In this document: piece after piece, positions 62,525-64,000 of the stretch
Layout: every line of letters starts with the position of its first letter
Numbering within the stretch: the first letter of the stretch is position 1
NCBI RefSeq assembly: GCF_036971445.1
Contig: NC_091480.1
Span: 21,080,001-21,144,000, forward strand
Direction of reading: 5' to 3'
From: Narcine bancroftii
Lineage: Eukaryota
Length of the DNA: 64,000 bases
Position numbers and translations under genes: made by a program
The notes under the pieces: generated by a model
Database searches by the model: none
What the model saw: the letters and a program-made list of their open reading frames with translations, nothing else
What the model was told of the DNA's origin: nothing

Positions 62525-62694
62525 GTTATTCAAAAAGACCCAACTCAGGAAGAATTGCAAAAGCAAGCGGCAACATTGTTTTTGCCTTTTCTGGTGTCGA
62601 GCATCAATCTGTTCATACCCTTGTTCTTCTCTTTCCTTGGCTTTATGGAAAGATTCAAATATCCATGGCATGAGATATATGTTCTTATTATAAG
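62525..62694 (+). CDS. TMC5: TMC5 coding exon 11 (gene continues past the window)
   Basis: attgcag|GTT ... ATAAG|gtaagt; VIQKDPTQEELQKQAATLFLPFLVSSINLFIPLFFSFLGFMERFKYPWHEIYVLIIR. Confidence 0.95.
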
Positions 62695-63391
62695 GTAAGT
62701 TTGCTTCATGTAAAACTTACAAAGTTAAAATTTTCCTTGCGAAGTAGTTTGGGGAAAAACAAAACTGTTTGGCTTCCTGTTGATTTTTTTTTACTTGATT
62801 TTAAACAATTGCATTTGTCCATTACAATGTTGAAACAGAAATACATAATGGTGGGAAGACTCTGTAGGCCAGTCAGTAACTGTGGAGAAGGACAATTGAC
62901 AGATCAATGACTCTTAAGAGGACATGGAAAAGTGAGAAAGAAAGTCTTTAAAATTGCAGAGAGGAGGATAAGATGTCGCAAACAAGAAATTGCTCTTGTT
63001 GGGTAGAGCTCAAAGTTTTATATGCATTACCTTTTTCAGTTGGATGTTAGAGAAAAGAAACTAAAAGAACAAGTTGGAACTTTAATGCAGAACACAGTAG
63101 TTTCCAGCAATATGAAAATAATAAGAATAACTGAAATGTCCAGCGAATCGGGTGGAAAAACTGAACAAGGATTCCAGGTGAAGATCTTGCACCAGAGCCG
63201 ATGATAAATTGTCCCCTGCAATTTCCAGAAAAATCAAGGGGCTTCCCTACCACACACATTGTCTTTCCCCTTCCCAATGGAGCTATTTCCTCCATGATTG
63301 TCTAGTATGCTTTTCTTTCTTTCTCTTACTCCTCTTCTATTTTCCGCACAATCTTAGGAGATGAAAGGCTTTCCCTTTCCACCCTCTAGGG

Positions 63392-63599
63392 CAGTGGTTA
63401 TCATTGGCCCATTTCCTTTGGAGTTATGAAACCATGCACATAACGAGTCAAAGAGGTCCGATTAAAGCAGTGGTTTTCAAACTTTTTCTTTCCACCCACA
63501 TTCCACCTTAAGTCATCCCTTAATACTCACAGAGCCATGATGTCATAGGGATGACTTAAAGTGGTATGTGAGTGGAAAGAAAAAGGTTGAGAACCACTG
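63392..63599. mobile_element. hAT-type MITE
   Basis: CAGTGGTT ... AACCACTG termini; 8-bp TSD ctct(a/t)ggg at 63384-63391 and 63600-63607; palindromic internal segment. Confidence 0.8.
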
Positions 63600-64000
63600 C
63601 TCTTGGGACTCAAATCGTCCTTTGAATGGAAGAAGCAATTCAGTCTGCATTCAGTGGGAACGAGATGGATTTCTTGCCTTGGAAACATTGACCCAGTTTG
63701 GATGACTTCTTTGCAGAACTTGTTTGTACAGAACACAAAGGTGACTGAGATGTCAATTGCTTTTGGCTTTAATTCTCCATCCATCCTCCTTCACTGTTCC
63801 AATGAAGTCCAATGTAAATTTGAGGAGCAATGCCAAATCTTCCCATTTGGGAATCTTGCAGCCTTCAGGGTTCAATAATCAAGTTCACCAAATTCAGGTT
63901 ATGTTACTGGAAATTCTTCTTTGGTCAAGGGCATTAGATGCTGTAAGTGTATCTATAACTAACTGTATACACAACACTTTTGATTCAGTAGAAGCATTTG

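Overview
This is AT-rich, repeat-dense, intron-containing vertebrate DNA, not a prokaryotic locus. The repeat families (HE1/V-SINE-like SINEs, CR1, Rex1/Babar, RTE, L1/Tx1, Penelope-like fragments) suggest a cartilaginous fish (inference). Two transmembrane channel-like genes lie head-to-head. TMC7 is on the minus strand: coding exons 1-3 at 12132-12099, 8726-8504 and 1257-1115, continuing beyond the left edge. TMC5 is on the plus strand: 11 phase-compatible coding exons from ATG 26777 to 62694 (about 530 aa), continuing beyond the right edge. TMC7 exon 1 sits in a small CpG island between two minisatellites of opposite G/C skew (36/38-bp and 24-bp units). The rest is mostly transposon debris: two Gypsy elements, two solo-LTR-like repeats, Chapaev3-like, hAT and Tigger-like DNA elements, and many LINE/SINE fragments. 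Most notable: the divergent TMC5/TMC7 pair mirroring TMC6/TMC8; a uORF that copies the TMC5 start peptide (MHHQE); a TSD-flanked 5'-inverted L1; a perfect 77-bp-arm hairpin inside a SINE; and three short local templated duplications. Gene and family names come from recalled sequence similarity, not from database searches. Most ORFs in the supplied track are spurious or TE-derived. I found no evidence for a wholly new multi-gene system.
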